Part shown: positions 40,695-50,450 of the stretch, in pieces | Position numbering within the stretch: position 1 is the first letter of the stretch | How the letters are laid out: every line of letters begins with the position of its first letter | NCBI GenBank assembly: GCA_937922155.1 | Contig: CAKZVL010000049.1 | Location: forward strand, 9,004 to 73,003 | Origin: an uncultured Rhodobacteraceae bacterium | GTDB taxonomy: Bacteria; Pseudomonadota; Alphaproteobacteria; Rhodobacterales; Rhodobacteraceae | Length of the DNA stretch: 64,000 nucleotides | Reading direction: 5' to 3' | The notes under the pieces: generated by a model | Database searches by the model: none | Told to the model about the DNA's origin: nothing | The model's input: the letters and a program-made list of their open reading frames with translations, nothing else | Position numbers and translations under genes: made by a program

Positions 40695-43600
40695 CCGGTC
40701 TTGTCGATTGGGCCGCCTCACGGGCCCGGATGGTTATTGCGTTCATTGTCCTGTCGCTTATGGCAGGCAGCGCGGCCTACGTCGGCCTCCCCAAAGAGGG
40801 CGAGCCGGATATCGAAATCCCAGCGATCTTTGTCTCTGTCCCCTTCCCCGGCATTTCAGCCACCGACAGTGAGACCCTTTTGGTCAAACCGATGGAGACA
40901 GAGCTTGCCGACCTAGACGGACTAAAAACGATGAGCGCGACCGCGGCCGAAGGCTATGCAGGTGTGGCGCTTGAGTTTGATTTCGGCTGGGACAAAACCA
41001 AAATCCTCGCCGACATTCGCGATGCGATGAACAAGGCGCAGGGATCGTTTCCGCAGGGTGCGGAAAATTATTCCATCAATGAGATCAACTTTTCCGAGTT
41101 TCCGATCATCATCGTAAACCTAACCGGTCAACTGCCGGAACGCACGTTGGTGCGCGTCGCCAAAGACCTGCAAGAACGCCTCGAAAGCGTCGACGCGGTG
41201 CTAGAGGCCGGGCTGGCCGGTCAGCGCGATGAAATGCTTGAGGTTGTGATTGACCCACTCAAACTGGAATCCTACAACGTCACAGCGGGCGAATTGATCA
41301 ATGTAGTCACGCAAAACAACCTGTTGATCGCCGCAGGCGAACTTAACGGGACAGCCGTCAAAATCCCGTCGTCCTTTGATGAAACCGCCGATGTCTATAA
41401 CCTGCCTGTCAAAGTGAATGGCGACAGCGTTGTCACCCTTGGCGATTTGGCCACCATCCGCCTGACGTTCGAAGATCGCGTTGGCACCGCCCGGTTTAAT
41501 GGCGTCAACACCGTCGCCTTGCAGGTGGTCAAACGCAAAGGCTTCAACCTGATCGACACCGCCGCCTTGATCAAAGAAACCGTCGAACTAGAACGCCAAA
41601 GCTGGCCGCCAGAACTGCAAGCCGCGATTGAAGTTGGCACCAGCAACGACCAATCCACCAGCGTGGATTCCATGGTCTCCCAGCTTGAAGGATCGGTTCT
41701 AACGGCCATCGCGCTCGTGATGATTGTGGTTCTGGCCGCCTTGGGCATGCGCCCCGCCCTATTGGTCGGCTTTGCGATTCCGACGTCGTTCCTGCTGTGC
41801 TTTGCCCTCCTTGCGATTATGGACATCACGATTTCCAACATCGTGATGTTTGGTCTGATCCTCGCCGTTGGGATGCTGGTTGATGGCGCGATTGTTGTGG
41901 TCGAATACGCCGACAAACGCATCCGCGACGGCGTTGGCCCCATGTCAGCCTATACGGAGGCGGCCAAACGCATGTTCTGGCCAATTGTCTCCTCCACCGG
42001 GACCACGCTGTGCGCCTTTTTACCAATGCTATTCTGGCCCGGCGTTCCGGGGCAATTCATGGGCATGCTGCCTGTCACGCTGATCTTTGTTCTATGTGCA
42101 TCGCTTGTTGTCGCGCTGATCTATCTACCGGTTATGGGCGGCGTCACAGGCCGCATCAGCCGCGCATTTGAAAATCTGGCGACTTGGTTACGGTCCAAAT
42201 ACTCGTTGTTCGTTCGATTGGTCCTTGTCGCGGCGTCCATCGCAATTGTGTTCCTTGGCGCATCCATGCTGCTGGCCAATATGCGGGCCGTGGCAAGTGA
42301 TATCTCTGTGATGCCGGGGGTCTTGGTGTTCCTGCTCGGTGCTATCGCCGTTTCCATCACCATGGACGCCGCGCGAACACCGCGCCAACCGACGCGCGTA
42401 CGCGCGGGCTATCGCCGCTCTTGGTTCGGTAGTTTTATGCACTTTGTCACCGGCAATCCGGTCATGCCGTTTGTGACCATCGGTGCTGTCATGTTCTTTG
42501 TCTTTTCTGTCTTTGGATATTTTGGAGCCAACAACAACGGTGTTGAATTCTTTGTTGAGACAGAGCCAGAGCAAGCCATCGTCTATGTCCAGACGCGGGG
42601 CAACCTGACCTTGGAAGAAAAAGACCTTCTTGTCCAACAGGCCGAAGACGCGGTTCTGTCCCATCCCGGTGTGCGCAGCGCGTTTTCTTTCGCCGGTGAA
42701 GGGGGTCTGTCGTCCAACACCGGCGGCGCCGAAGGTCCCGCCGATGCCGTTGGGCAAATCCAGCTAGAACTGGTGCCATGGGCCGAACGTGCGGGCAACC
42801 CAGACCTAGATGGCAACGTCGTCATTGCCGAGCTTGAGGAACGGCTCTCCGGCCTGCCCGGTGTGCGGTTTGAAATCCTAAACCTTGCGATGGGTCCCGC
42901 CTCTGCCAAGCCTGTGCACCTGCGCCTCAAGGGCGAAGACTTTGATAATCTTTTGACCGCGGCCACAGCAGCGCGCGAACAGTTTGAAGGGACCGCCGGT
43001 CTGATCCAGATCGAAGACACAACACCCCTTCCCGGCATCGACTGGCAGATCGACGTGGACGTCGAGGCCGCTGGCCGTTTTGGCGCTGATGTCGCCACGG
43101 TTGGCGGCATGGTCCAGCTTGTCACGCGCGGCATCCTTTTGGATACGATGCGCGTGGATAGTTCAGATGAAGAAATTGAAATTCGTGTGCGCTTGCCTGA
43201 AAAAGACCGCGTGCTGTCAACCTTGGACAGCCTCAAGGTGCGCACATCCTCCGGTCTGGTGCCGCTGTCCAACTTTATCGAACGCGCCCCCGTCACCAAA
43301 TTGGCAGAGCTGAACCGCACCGATCAAAAGCGCTATTTCGACGTTAAAGCAGCGGTCACAGGCGACATCGAAATTCTGCAAATGGTTCCACTAGGCGAAG
43401 ACGGTGAGCCTGTTCAAGATGGGTTGATCGATGTCGGCTTTGGCTACGCAGTCAGCGAAGAAGAAGCAGCCAGCGGTGACCCGTATAATGTCACTCTCAC
43501 CACACCAAGAGGCAGGCTCATGTCCCTCTTTTTTGACCCTGTGGTCACTCTCTACAATGTGCCCGAAGTTGCCCAGAATGTGGATCTTGATCTCGTGCAG

Positions 43601-44464
43601 AGCGAGCTTGATCGCGGCCAGGCACAAGTCCAACTCGTCCCCATGACCGCCAGCGAAAGAATTGGCCGCGTCACGGAATGGCTGGACACCGATCCTTTCC
43701 CAGCGGGCATCGAATGGGAGTGGACGGGTGATGAACAAGACCAAGCAGAAAGCGGCGCGTTCTTGCAGATCGCGGGTATTGCAGCACTTGGCCTGATGTT
43801 CATTATTCTGCTGGCTCAGTTCAATTCGTTCTATAATGCGATGCTTGTCTTGATGGCCGTTATTCTGTCCACCGCAGGCACCTTGATCGGGATGCTCGTC
43901 ATGGACCAAGCGTTCTCGATCATTATGACAGGCACGGGGATCGTGGCCTTGGCCGGGATCGTGGTGAACAACAACATTATCCTGATCGACACTTATCAGG
44001 AATACAGCCGGACGATGCCACGCAAAGTCGCGATTGTGCGCACGGCAGAGGATCGCATCAGACCTGTTCTGCTAACCACAATCACAACGATGGCAGGCCT
44101 AGCTCCGATGATGTTTGGCCTCAGCCTCAACTTCTGGGATGGCGGCTATACCATTGATAGCCCAACCGCCCTGTGGTGGAAGCAATTGGCGACAGCGGTC
44201 GTCTTTGGCCTCGGCATCGCGACGATCCTCACCCTCGTGTTCACGCCGTCGATGCTGGCCATTCGCGTCTGGATCGAAGAGGCGCTTTACGCCACATTCA
44301 TCAGAATTCGCGCGAGCAAAAAGAACGGTGTAAAGAACAACGTTCTGCGGGACCTAGAGCTCACCCGTGAGGCCAAGAAGATGGATGCGCCAACGATGTT
44401 CTGGACAGACGCGGATGAACCAACAACCCCCGTGCCACTCTCCCCAGTTCGTGCCGCAGAATGA
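40691..44464 (+). CDS. Efflux RND transporter permease (AcrB/HAE family), unusually long at 1257 aa
   Basis: Typical AcrB start (RARMVIAFIVLSL..G...Y..LPKEGEPDIEIP) and 12-TM architecture, with extra hydrophobic and periplasmic segments. Confidence 0.9.
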   Translation: MTGLVDWAASRARMVIAFIVLSLMAGSAAYVGLPKEGEPDIEIPAIFVSVPFPGISATDSETLLVKPMETELADLDGLKTMSATAAEGYAGVALEFDFGWDKTKILADIRDAMNKAQGSFPQGAENYSINEINFSEFPIIIVNLTGQLPERTLVRVAKDLQERLESVDAVLEAGLAGQRDEMLEVVIDPLKLESYNVTAGELINVVTQNNLLIAAGELNGTAVKIPSSFDETADVYNLPVKVNGDSVVTLGDLATIRLTFEDRVGTARFNGVNTVALQVVKRKGFNLIDTAALIKETVELERQSWPPELQAAIEVGTSNDQSTSVDSMVSQLEGSVLTAIALVMIVVLAALGMRPALLVGFAIPTSFLLCFALLAIMDITISNIVMFGLILAVGMLVDGAIVVVEYADKRIRDGVGPMSAYTEAAKRMFWPIVSSTGTTLCAFLPMLFWPGVPGQFMGMLPVTLIFVLCASLVVALIYLPVMGGVTGRISRAFENLATWLRSKYSLFVRLVLVAASIAIVFLGASMLLANMRAVASDISVMPGVLVFLLGAIAVSITMDAARTPRQPTRVRAGYRRSWFGSFMHFVTGNPVMPFVTIGAVMFFVFSVFGYFGANNNGVEFFVETEPEQAIVYVQTRGNLTLEEKDLLVQQAEDAVLSHPGVRSAFSFAGEGGLSSNTGGAEGPADAVGQIQLELVPWAERAGNPDLDGNVVIAELEERLSGLPGVRFEILNLAMGPASAKPVHLRLKGEDFDNLLTAATAAREQFEGTAGLIQIEDTTPLPGIDWQIDVDVEAAGRFGADVATVGGMVQLVTRGILLDTMRVDSSDEEIEIRVRLPEKDRVLSTLDSLKVRTSSGLVPLSNFIERAPVTKLAELNRTDQKRYFDVKAAVTGDIEILQMVPLGEDGEPVQDGLIDVGFGYAVSEEEAASGDPYNVTLTTPRGRLMSLFFDPVVTLYNVPEVAQNVDLDLVQSELDRGQAQVQLVPMTASERIGRVTEWLDTDPFPAGIEWEWTGDEQDQAESGAFLQIAGIAALGLMFIILLAQFNSFYNAMLVLMAVILSTAGTLIGMLVMDQAFSIIMTGTGIVALAGIVVNNNIILIDTYQEYSRTMPRKVAIVRTAEDRIRPVLLTTITTMAGLAPMMFGLSLNFWDGGYTIDSPTALWWKQLATAVVFGLGIATILTLVFTPSMLAIRVWIEEALYATFIRIRASKKNGVKNNVLRDLELTREAKKMDAPTMFWTDADEPTTPVPLSPVRAAE

Positions 44465-44466
44465 GT

Positions 44467-44497
44467 GAACAGCGGCCCTTTCGGGGGGCCGCTGTTC
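44467..44497. terminator. Hairpin between the convergent RND and ABC exporter genes
   Basis: A 12-bp stem, GAACAGCGGCCC / GGGCCGCTGTTC, begins 3 nt after the RND stop. Confidence 0.6.
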
Positions 44498-44511
44498 GTT
44501 CACCCGACGCT

Positions 44512-46338
44512 TTAGACAGTAGAAACCTGTTCTTCGATCTGGCGGTTCCACAGATGGGCGTAACGTCCATTCTTGGCCAACAGTGCGTCATGGGTGCCGT
44601 CCTCAACGATCTCTCCGGCTTCAAGAACGATAATCCTGTCCGCGTCTTGAATTGTGGACAATCTATGCGCGATGGTGATGACGGTGCGTCCACTGCTCAT
44701 CACGTCTAGCTCCGCCTGGATTTCCATTTCGGTTTCCGTATCCAGCGCGCTGGTCGCTTCGTCCAGCAAAAGGATCGGCGGGTTCTTGAGCAACGTGCGC
44801 GCAATACCGACCCGCTGCTTTTCCCCACCCGACAGCTTTAACCCGCGTTCACCCACCGTCGTGTCATACCCATCCGGCAGTGACATGATAAAATCATGGA
44901 TCTTTGCGGCTTTGGCGGCACTACGGATTTCATCCTCGCTCGCGCCGGGGCGACCGTAGGCGATGTTGTAATGCACCGTGTCGTTAAAAAGCACCGTATC
45001 CTGCGGTACGACACCGATCTGGGCGTGCAGACTGTCTTGCGTCACATCACGCACGTCTTGCCCATCAATCAACAACGCACCGTCACCCACATCATAAAAA
45101 CGGAACAAAAGCCGCCCAACCGTGGATTTCCCAGACCCCGAAGAACCCACAAGGGCGATGGTCTGCCCCGGTTGTGCGGTAAAGCTGATACCCTTTAGGA
45201 TCGCCCGTTCCGCATCGTAGCCAAACTTGACATCGCGCAGCTCAACCTTGCCGCCGGTAACCTCCAGGTCTTTGGCATCGGGCTTGTCCACCACCTCGGC
45301 CGGTTGTTCCAAAAGATCAAACATATCGCCCATGTCGATCAAAGCTTGCCGGATTTCACGATACACCGTGCCAAGGAAATTCAACGGCATGGTGATTTGG
45401 ATCATATAGGCGTTAACCAACACAAAATCGCCAACCGTGAGCGTACCCTTGTTCACGCCAATGGCCACCATGACCATAACCCCGACCAGCCCGGCTGTGA
45501 TGATCAACGCTTGGCCAAAGTTCAGAAAGGCGAGCGTATAATTCGTCTTGACCGCCGCTTCTGCATATTTTTGCATGGCGCCATCGTAACGATCTGCTTC
45601 CCACCGCTCTGCGCCAAAATACTTGACGGTTTCAAAGTTCAGCAAACTATCAATGGCTTTTTGGTTCGCGTCCGTATCCTGATCGTTCATCACCTTGCGA
45701 ATACGCACCCGCCATTCGGTCACCGCAAAAGTGAACCAAACATAAAGGAAGATAGTCACGACAACCACGACCAAATACCAAACGTCGAACTTGAAAAACA
45801 AAACAGCCGCAATCATCAACAACTGCAAAACAAGCGGCCCCACAGAAAACAGCAGGAACCGCAGTAAAAACTCAACGCCTTTCACGCCGCGTTCAATGAT
45901 CCGGCTCAGCCCGCCGGTTTTGCGCGTGATGTGATAGCGCATAGAAAGCCGGTGTATGTGCGTGAATGTTTCCAGCGCCAACTGGCGCAGCGCCCTTTGC
46001 CCGACACGGGCAAAAATCACATCGCGCAATTGCTGGAACCCCACGGACATCAACCGCGCAAAACCATAGGCCAGCGTCAGACCAACCGCACCAAGACCAA
46101 GATAGGTTCCAACATCCGGTTGATCCGGCGCCATAATATCAACGGCTTGACTAAAAAATTGCGGGGTCAAGACGGCGATAACTTGGCTCGCGAACAAGGC
46201 GATCATGGCCAAGACGACCCGAACTTTAACCTCAACGTTCCCTTCAGGCCAAAGGTAGGGCGCGACGCGACGGATCACCGCCCACCCTTGGATGCGTGCA
46301 TCGCTCATGTTGGCGTCGGTCTTTGGCAATGAGCGCAT
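44512..46338 (-). CDS. ABC transporter permease/ATPase, Atm1/ABCB7/HMT1-like exporter
   Basis: Six TM helices plus an NBD (GSSGSGKST, LSGGEKQRVGIAR, LLLDEATSALD). The start is uncertain: ATGs occur at 46386, 46338 and 46308. Confidence 0.85.
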   Translation of the reverse strand: MRSLPKTDANMSDARIQGWAVIRRVAPYLWPEGNVEVKVRVVLAMIALFASQVIAVLTPQFFSQAVDIMAPDQPDVGTYLGLGAVGLTLAYGFARLMSVGFQQLRDVIFARVGQRALRQLALETFTHIHRLSMRYHITRKTGGLSRIIERGVKGVEFLLRFLLFSVGPLVLQLLMIAAVLFFKFDVWYLVVVVVTIFLYVWFTFAVTEWRVRIRKVMNDQDTDANQKAIDSLLNFETVKYFGAERWEADRYDGAMQKYAEAAVKTNYTLAFLNFGQALIITAGLVGVMVMVAIGVNKGTLTVGDFVLVNAYMIQITMPLNFLGTVYREIRQALIDMGDMFDLLEQPAEVVDKPDAKDLEVTGGKVELRDVKFGYDAERAILKGISFTAQPGQTIALVGSSGSGKSTVGRLLFRFYDVGDGALLIDGQDVRDVTQDSLHAQIGVVPQDTVLFNDTVHYNIAYGRPGASEDEIRSAAKAAKIHDFIMSLPDGYDTTVGERGLKLSGGEKQRVGIARTLLKNPPILLLDEATSALDTETEMEIQAELDVMSSGRTVITIAHRLSTIQDADRIIVLEAGEIVEDGTHDALLAKNGRYAHLWNRQIEEQVSTV

Positions 46339-46404
46339 GAAATATCCTTTGGGTTCAGCGCACCTACATAGTGCGCTTCCACCCAATTCGCCAGAGCGTG
46401 CGTG

Positions 46405-47886
46405 CTATTCGTCGATCTGAGGCAGCACAAAAATCTGCCCCGGATAGATCAGATCAGGATCTCGGATTTGATCACTGTTGGCCTCATAGACCGCCACGAA
46501 CATCACCCCTTGGCCATATTCTTCGCGCGCGATGGCCCAAAGCGTTGCACCGGGTTGCACCGTCCGCACCGCAACCTCAAAATCGTCTTGCGTAGTTTGA
46601 TCGGCCAGCGCGGCGGCGACGGTTTCGGCTTCTTCTCTTTTGAACGGTGTTTCGATGCGCGATACGACCGTTCCCTCGGCGTCCAATTCGTCAATGCGCA
46701 GCGTGTAAATGCCGGTATCAATATCCGGCAAATCGGTGCGCCAATCCCGATCAGCTGTGATGCGAGACGACGTGACAGGTTTGTTGTCGATATAAACCTG
46801 AACAAAACCATCCGTGGAAGCACGCCCCGCCAAAAGAACCTCACCCGCGAGGTCATAGGTGATCGTATCAAGCGCAACCTGCGCAACCTGCGGCCCCGCA
46901 CCAGACACGACTCGCACGCCATCTGCGTCGGCTACGAGGATTGTTGGTGTTTCTTCTTCGTCGCTCTCTTCAACATCGGCTGCCGGGTCAAGCGTGTCGC
47001 CGAAAATATCGGCTATGGCCTCGGTCACTTCGACGGATTCTTCGGTCTTGATGGCTTCTGCCAAATCTGGTGGATCAACAGGTTCGACGACCCTTGGTGT
47101 CGGCGCGGGTTCGGATACCTCTCCGGTGGTTGGCGATGGCTCTGGCTGCGGATTGGGGTCAATCGGATCGATCGGGGGATTGGCTTCCACGACCGCTGGT
47201 TCAGACAGGGCGATCACTTCTTCCTCATCCGCTGGGGTGGGTGGCGCAATCGCCCCGGCGATCACGGGTGCGTCTTCACTCTGCACTTCCGGGGCGGGGT
47301 CCTCTTCGGCAACCTCTGTCGCGCCAAAGGGTTCTATGAAATAGGTTTGCGTCATTCGCACCGCGTCGCCGTCAGGATCCGCGATCACGGTCAAGCTGCG
47401 CGATCGATCGGACGCAGCAAGGTCCAAGAAGGCGACAAAACTGCCAGTGCCGTCCGTGGCAACGCGTTCCACGACCCGCCCTGCGACAACAATATCAACC
47501 GCAGTTCCCGGGGCCGCACGCCCCGCAATTACGGCAAGGCCATCCGCATCAACGCGCAGACTATCAAGCGTCGGCATGATTTGGGGGTCTGGTATCGGCT
47601 CTGGCTCCGGGACGGGTTCAGGTTCAGGTTCAGGTTCAGGTTCAGGTTCAGGTTCAGGTTCAGAAAGCGCTACTATAACCTCTTCAGGTGCGCCAATCGG
47701 TTCTGCGCTTTCCTGCTCTGGCGCGGCCTCCACTATCTCTTTTGTCGTGACGTCTTCATCCAGGAAAACCGCCGCCAACGCGTCAACGTCTTGATCGGGC
47801 TGGAGCACAACAAAGGCACCAACGGCCGCCAAACCTGCCCCAACGGCAAGCGCACCAAGCCCGTATCGCGTTCCAAAATTATTCAT
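46405..47886 (-). CDS. LysM peptidoglycan-binding domain protein with a membrane anchor and acidic Pro-rich linkers
   Basis: C-terminal LysM (VQPGATLWAIAREEYGQG..YPGQIFVLP) and an N-terminal TM helix (LGALAVGAGLAAVGAFVVL). It contains an (EP)8 tract. Confidence 0.75.
   Translation of the reverse strand: MNNFGTRYGLGALAVGAGLAAVGAFVVLQPDQDVDALAAVFLDEDVTTKEIVEAAPEQESAEPIGAPEEVIVALSEPEPEPEPEPEPEPEPVPEPEPIPDPQIMPTLDSLRVDADGLAVIAGRAAPGTAVDIVVAGRVVERVATDGTGSFVAFLDLAASDRSRSLTVIADPDGDAVRMTQTYFIEPFGATEVAEEDPAPEVQSEDAPVIAGAIAPPTPADEEEVIALSEPAVVEANPPIDPIDPNPQPEPSPTTGEVSEPAPTPRVVEPVDPPDLAEAIKTEESVEVTEAIADIFGDTLDPAADVEESDEEETPTILVADADGVRVVSGAGPQVAQVALDTITYDLAGEVLLAGRASTDGFVQVYIDNKPVTSSRITADRDWRTDLPDIDTGIYTLRIDELDAEGTVVSRIETPFKREEAETVAAALADQTTQDDFEVAVRTVQPGATLWAIAREEYGQGVMFVAVYEANSDQIRDPDLIYPGQIFVLPQIDE
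47615..47662 (-). repeat. Perfect hexanucleotide tandem repeat (GGTTCA)8 encoding (EP)8 in the LysM protein
   Basis: I counted eight consecutive GGTTCA units directly. They are in frame. Confidence 0.9.
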
Positions 47887-48002
47887 GGCTTCGTTACCAC
47901 CGCCCAAAATCACACTGCGCCGCGGCTTGTCCCCTGCCCAACGCTTGCGCGACCATATCAACAGCGCTACCCACGGTAAAGCAAGCTATGAGGGCTAAAG
48001 GC

Positions 48003-48560
48003 ATGTCAGATTTCACAAAATCGGTCTGCGTCTACTGCGGATCCCGTGATGGGGTTAGTCCCGCTTATGCAAATGCCGCCGAAGATCTTGGCGCGCTTTT
48101 GGTAAAATCACAATGGCGTTTGGTCTATGGCGCGGGCGACGTTGGATTGATGGGGCGCGTTGCGCGAACCGTGCAGGCTGCAGGTGGCGTCACCTTCGGC
48201 GTTATTCCCACCCATCTGTTAGATTGGGAGGTAGGCAAACGCGATCTGGACAGTTTTGTCATTACCGAAACCATGCATGAGCGTAAAAAGGTCATGTTGA
48301 TGAACGCAGATGCCGTCGTTGTTCTACCAGGTGGCGCCGGGAGCTTGGACGAATTTTTCGAAGCCCTGACCTGGCGCCAGCTTGGCCTGCATCAAAAGCC
48401 AATCGTTCTGCTGAACGTCGATGGCTACTGGGACCCGCTTTTGGCGATGATGAAACAGATCGTCGATCAGGGATTTGCCGATGATGACATATTGGCATTC
48501 GTGGATATTGTGCCCGACGCCAAGGGCGCGATTGCAGCTTTGGCCGCGCGTTTTGACTAG
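48003..48560 (+). CDS. LOG family protein (cytokinin riboside 5'-monophosphate phosphoribohydrolase-like, TIGR00730 type)
   Basis: It has the PGGAGSLDEFFE motif and is about 185 aa. Confidence 0.8.
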   Translation: MSDFTKSVCVYCGSRDGVSPAYANAAEDLGALLVKSQWRLVYGAGDVGLMGRVARTVQAAGGVTFGVIPTHLLDWEVGKRDLDSFVITETMHERKKVMLMNADAVVVLPGGAGSLDEFFEALTWRQLGLHQKPIVLLNVDGYWDPLLAMMKQIVDQGFADDDILAFVDIVPDAKGAIAALAARFD

Positions 48561-49333
48561 CTTATCCCGGATGCACGGCGTCTGCGGCGCGCACCAAGCA
48601 CCCCAAACGCGCCGATCACAGGCAGCATCAATGCCAGGCCTGCAGGAACCGGGACAGCCGCAATTTTGATATCCCCGGTCAGTTTGAGGTTGTCGAAGGC
48701 CAAATCCTCGTCATTTCCATTCAGATCAAAAAAGCTCACCTGAATATCCAAAAGCGATCCATCGGCCAGCGAGGCCGCAAATTCGCTAAAGGCATTCGTG
48801 ATTTCTGCACCATCCCCGACGCCATCAAAATCGGTATCAACGCGGGCGCGTTCATTGGTTTGATTGCCATCCACGCCCAGTTCAGATCGAATAGAAAAAA
48901 CAGAATTGTACCCAGCCCCGTCGATCTGTGCGTCAATCTGGAAATTGGTTGTTGCATCCCAATCTTCGAATCCGTTGGTGGCGTCAGACTCCGCCACGAA
49001 CCATGTCAGATTCAGGTTGGTGTGATCTGAAATATCGACGCCCACCCAGTCCAGCACAATTGTCCCACTCGCGGCCCCAGAAACGCTGTCGCTATCTTGG
49101 ACCGTATAAAATTTGATGCCTTGCGTGCTGAGATACGTGACATCGCTGGGCAAGTCCGTACTGCCAGCCCGCCCAAAATAATCACCGTCAGCCACCGCTG
49201 TAAAGTTATCGGGAACATTGGACGTGTATGTCAGCACCGCATCTTCAAAATCCTCAAGCAGCAGCGTGGCCGCTTGAGATGTGCCGACCGAAGCAATGAA
49301 CAAAAGTGTCGATGCAAAAAAAATGTTTTTCAT
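48557..49333 (-). CDS. Secreted protein with a VPLPA-like (VPVPA) CTERM sorting tag
   Basis: Signal peptide MKNIFFASTLLFIASVGTSQA. C-terminus is AAVPVPAGLALMLPVIGAFGVLGARRRRRASGIS. Confidence 0.7.
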   Translation of the reverse strand: MKNIFFASTLLFIASVGTSQAATLLLEDFEDAVLTYTSNVPDNFTAVADGDYFGRAGSTDLPSDVTYLSTQGIKFYTVQDSDSVSGAASGTIVLDWVGVDISDHTNLNLTWFVAESDATNGFEDWDATTNFQIDAQIDGAGYNSVFSIRSELGVDGNQTNERARVDTDFDGVGDGAEITNAFSEFAASLADGSLLDIQVSFFDLNGNDEDLAFDNLKLTGDIKIAAVPVPAGLALMLPVIGAFGVLGARRRRRASGIS

Positions 49334-49378
49334 AAAGTCGCCCTCACGTGATCATTGATCAACCGTAGCGGGGGCTGG

Positions 49379-49393
49379 TTAACATCGCGTTAA
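49379..49393. promoter_or_regulatory. CtrA-box-like TTAA-N7-TTAA
   Basis: TTAACATCGCGTTAA lies 46-60 nt upstream of the start of the VPVPA-tagged gene (49333, minus strand). Confidence 0.35.
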
Positions 49394-49408
49394 CCAGGCT
49401 TGATAACT

Positions 49409-50380
49409 TCAGCGCATTTGGGTCAGCTCTTGAAACCGCTTCAGGCTGATGCTGGACCCACAGGCGATGATAGCCACCTTTCGCCCTGCCAATTCGCTGC
49501 GCAACGGGCTGCAAATTGCCGCCAGCGACGCCGCGCATGCGGGTTCAGCAACCATTTGCAAGACATCCAAATAGACACGCATTGCATCGCGCATTTGATC
49601 ATCGCTCACATGCACCATCTGATCCACATGGGCCTTTGCCACGCCAAAAGAATAGGCCATCGCTTTCGGTGCGCCAAGGCTGTCGGCGATGGTATCAATA
49701 CGCTCCAGGCTGACAGGTTCGCCCGCCACAAGTGACCGGGTCAGGCTGTCTGCACCAATGGGTTCGACGCCGATGACTTTGGCCTCAGGCTTTATCGCCT
49801 TGATTGCCGCCGCCATACCACTGATCAAACCACCACCACCAACGGGGATGACAAAAACCTCCGCCTCTGGCCAGCTTTCCACGTATTCGAGACCACAGGT
49901 CGCAGCGCCCAGCGTCATGTGTTCCCCTTCAAACGGATGCATCAGGGTCCTGCCCGCATCCGCGCCCTCCTCCATCGCGGCAAAGGCGGCGGCCATGTCC
50001 GGGCGCAGGATGACCTCTGCCCCCATCGCCCGGCACCGCTCAATACGCAGCGGATCTACCGCTTCTGGCATAAAAATCGTTGCAGCAACCCCCGCCGCTT
50101 GCCCTGCCCAGCCCACGGCCAGCGCATGATTTCCCCCGCTGGCCGCAACAACACCAGCAGCCTTTTGCGTCTTTGTCAGCCCAGCCATGCCAAGGTATGC
50201 GCCCCGCGCCTTAAAGGATCCGGCTTGCTGGAACAACTCCAGCTTGACCCGCACCTCGGCCCCCTCGGGCAGTAATCCGTCCCAGCGCGCTGAGGTGAGC
50301 GGCAGGACCGGCGTCTTGATCGTCACGTCGTCTAGGGCATCGGCCGCCGCGCGGATTTGGCTCAAGCTTGGACCGTTCAT
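49409..50380 (-). CDS. PLP-dependent threonine/serine dehydratase
   Basis: PLP-lysine motif GSFKARGA and Gly-rich loop GGGGLISG. GGGGGA SD precedes the ATG at 50380. Confidence 0.8.
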   Translation of the reverse strand: MNGPSLSQIRAAADALDDVTIKTPVLPLTSARWDGLLPEGAEVRVKLELFQQAGSFKARGAYLGMAGLTKTQKAAGVVAASGGNHALAVGWAGQAAGVAATIFMPEAVDPLRIERCRAMGAEVILRPDMAAAFAAMEEGADAGRTLMHPFEGEHMTLGAATCGLEYVESWPEAEVFVIPVGGGGLISGMAAAIKAIKPEAKVIGVEPIGADSLTRSLVAGEPVSLERIDTIADSLGAPKAMAYSFGVAKAHVDQMVHVSDDQMRDAMRVYLDVLQMVAEPACAASLAAICSPLRSELAGRKVAIIACGSSISLKRFQELTQMR

Positions 50381-50450
50381 TTCGGCTCCCCCATAAAAAA
50401 GGCCCGCGAGGTGTCTCACGGGCCCTAAGCATCGTCAATGCAGCACGCGA

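Noticed and set aside
47447-47794. A (GS)n-encoding plus-strand ORF that could be mistaken for a Gly-Ser linker protein.
   Set aside because: It is another frame of the same GGTTCA microsatellite, on the non-coding strand of the LysM gene.
46402-47979. A 525-aa plus-strand ORF spanning the whole LysM gene region.
   Set aside because: It is the mirror frame of the LysM gene. Its product is Arg/Gly/Phe-rich and of low complexity (e.g. RFRFRFRFRFRF from the hexanucleotide repeat), with no motif. The minus-strand product has a membrane anchor and a recognisable LysM domain.
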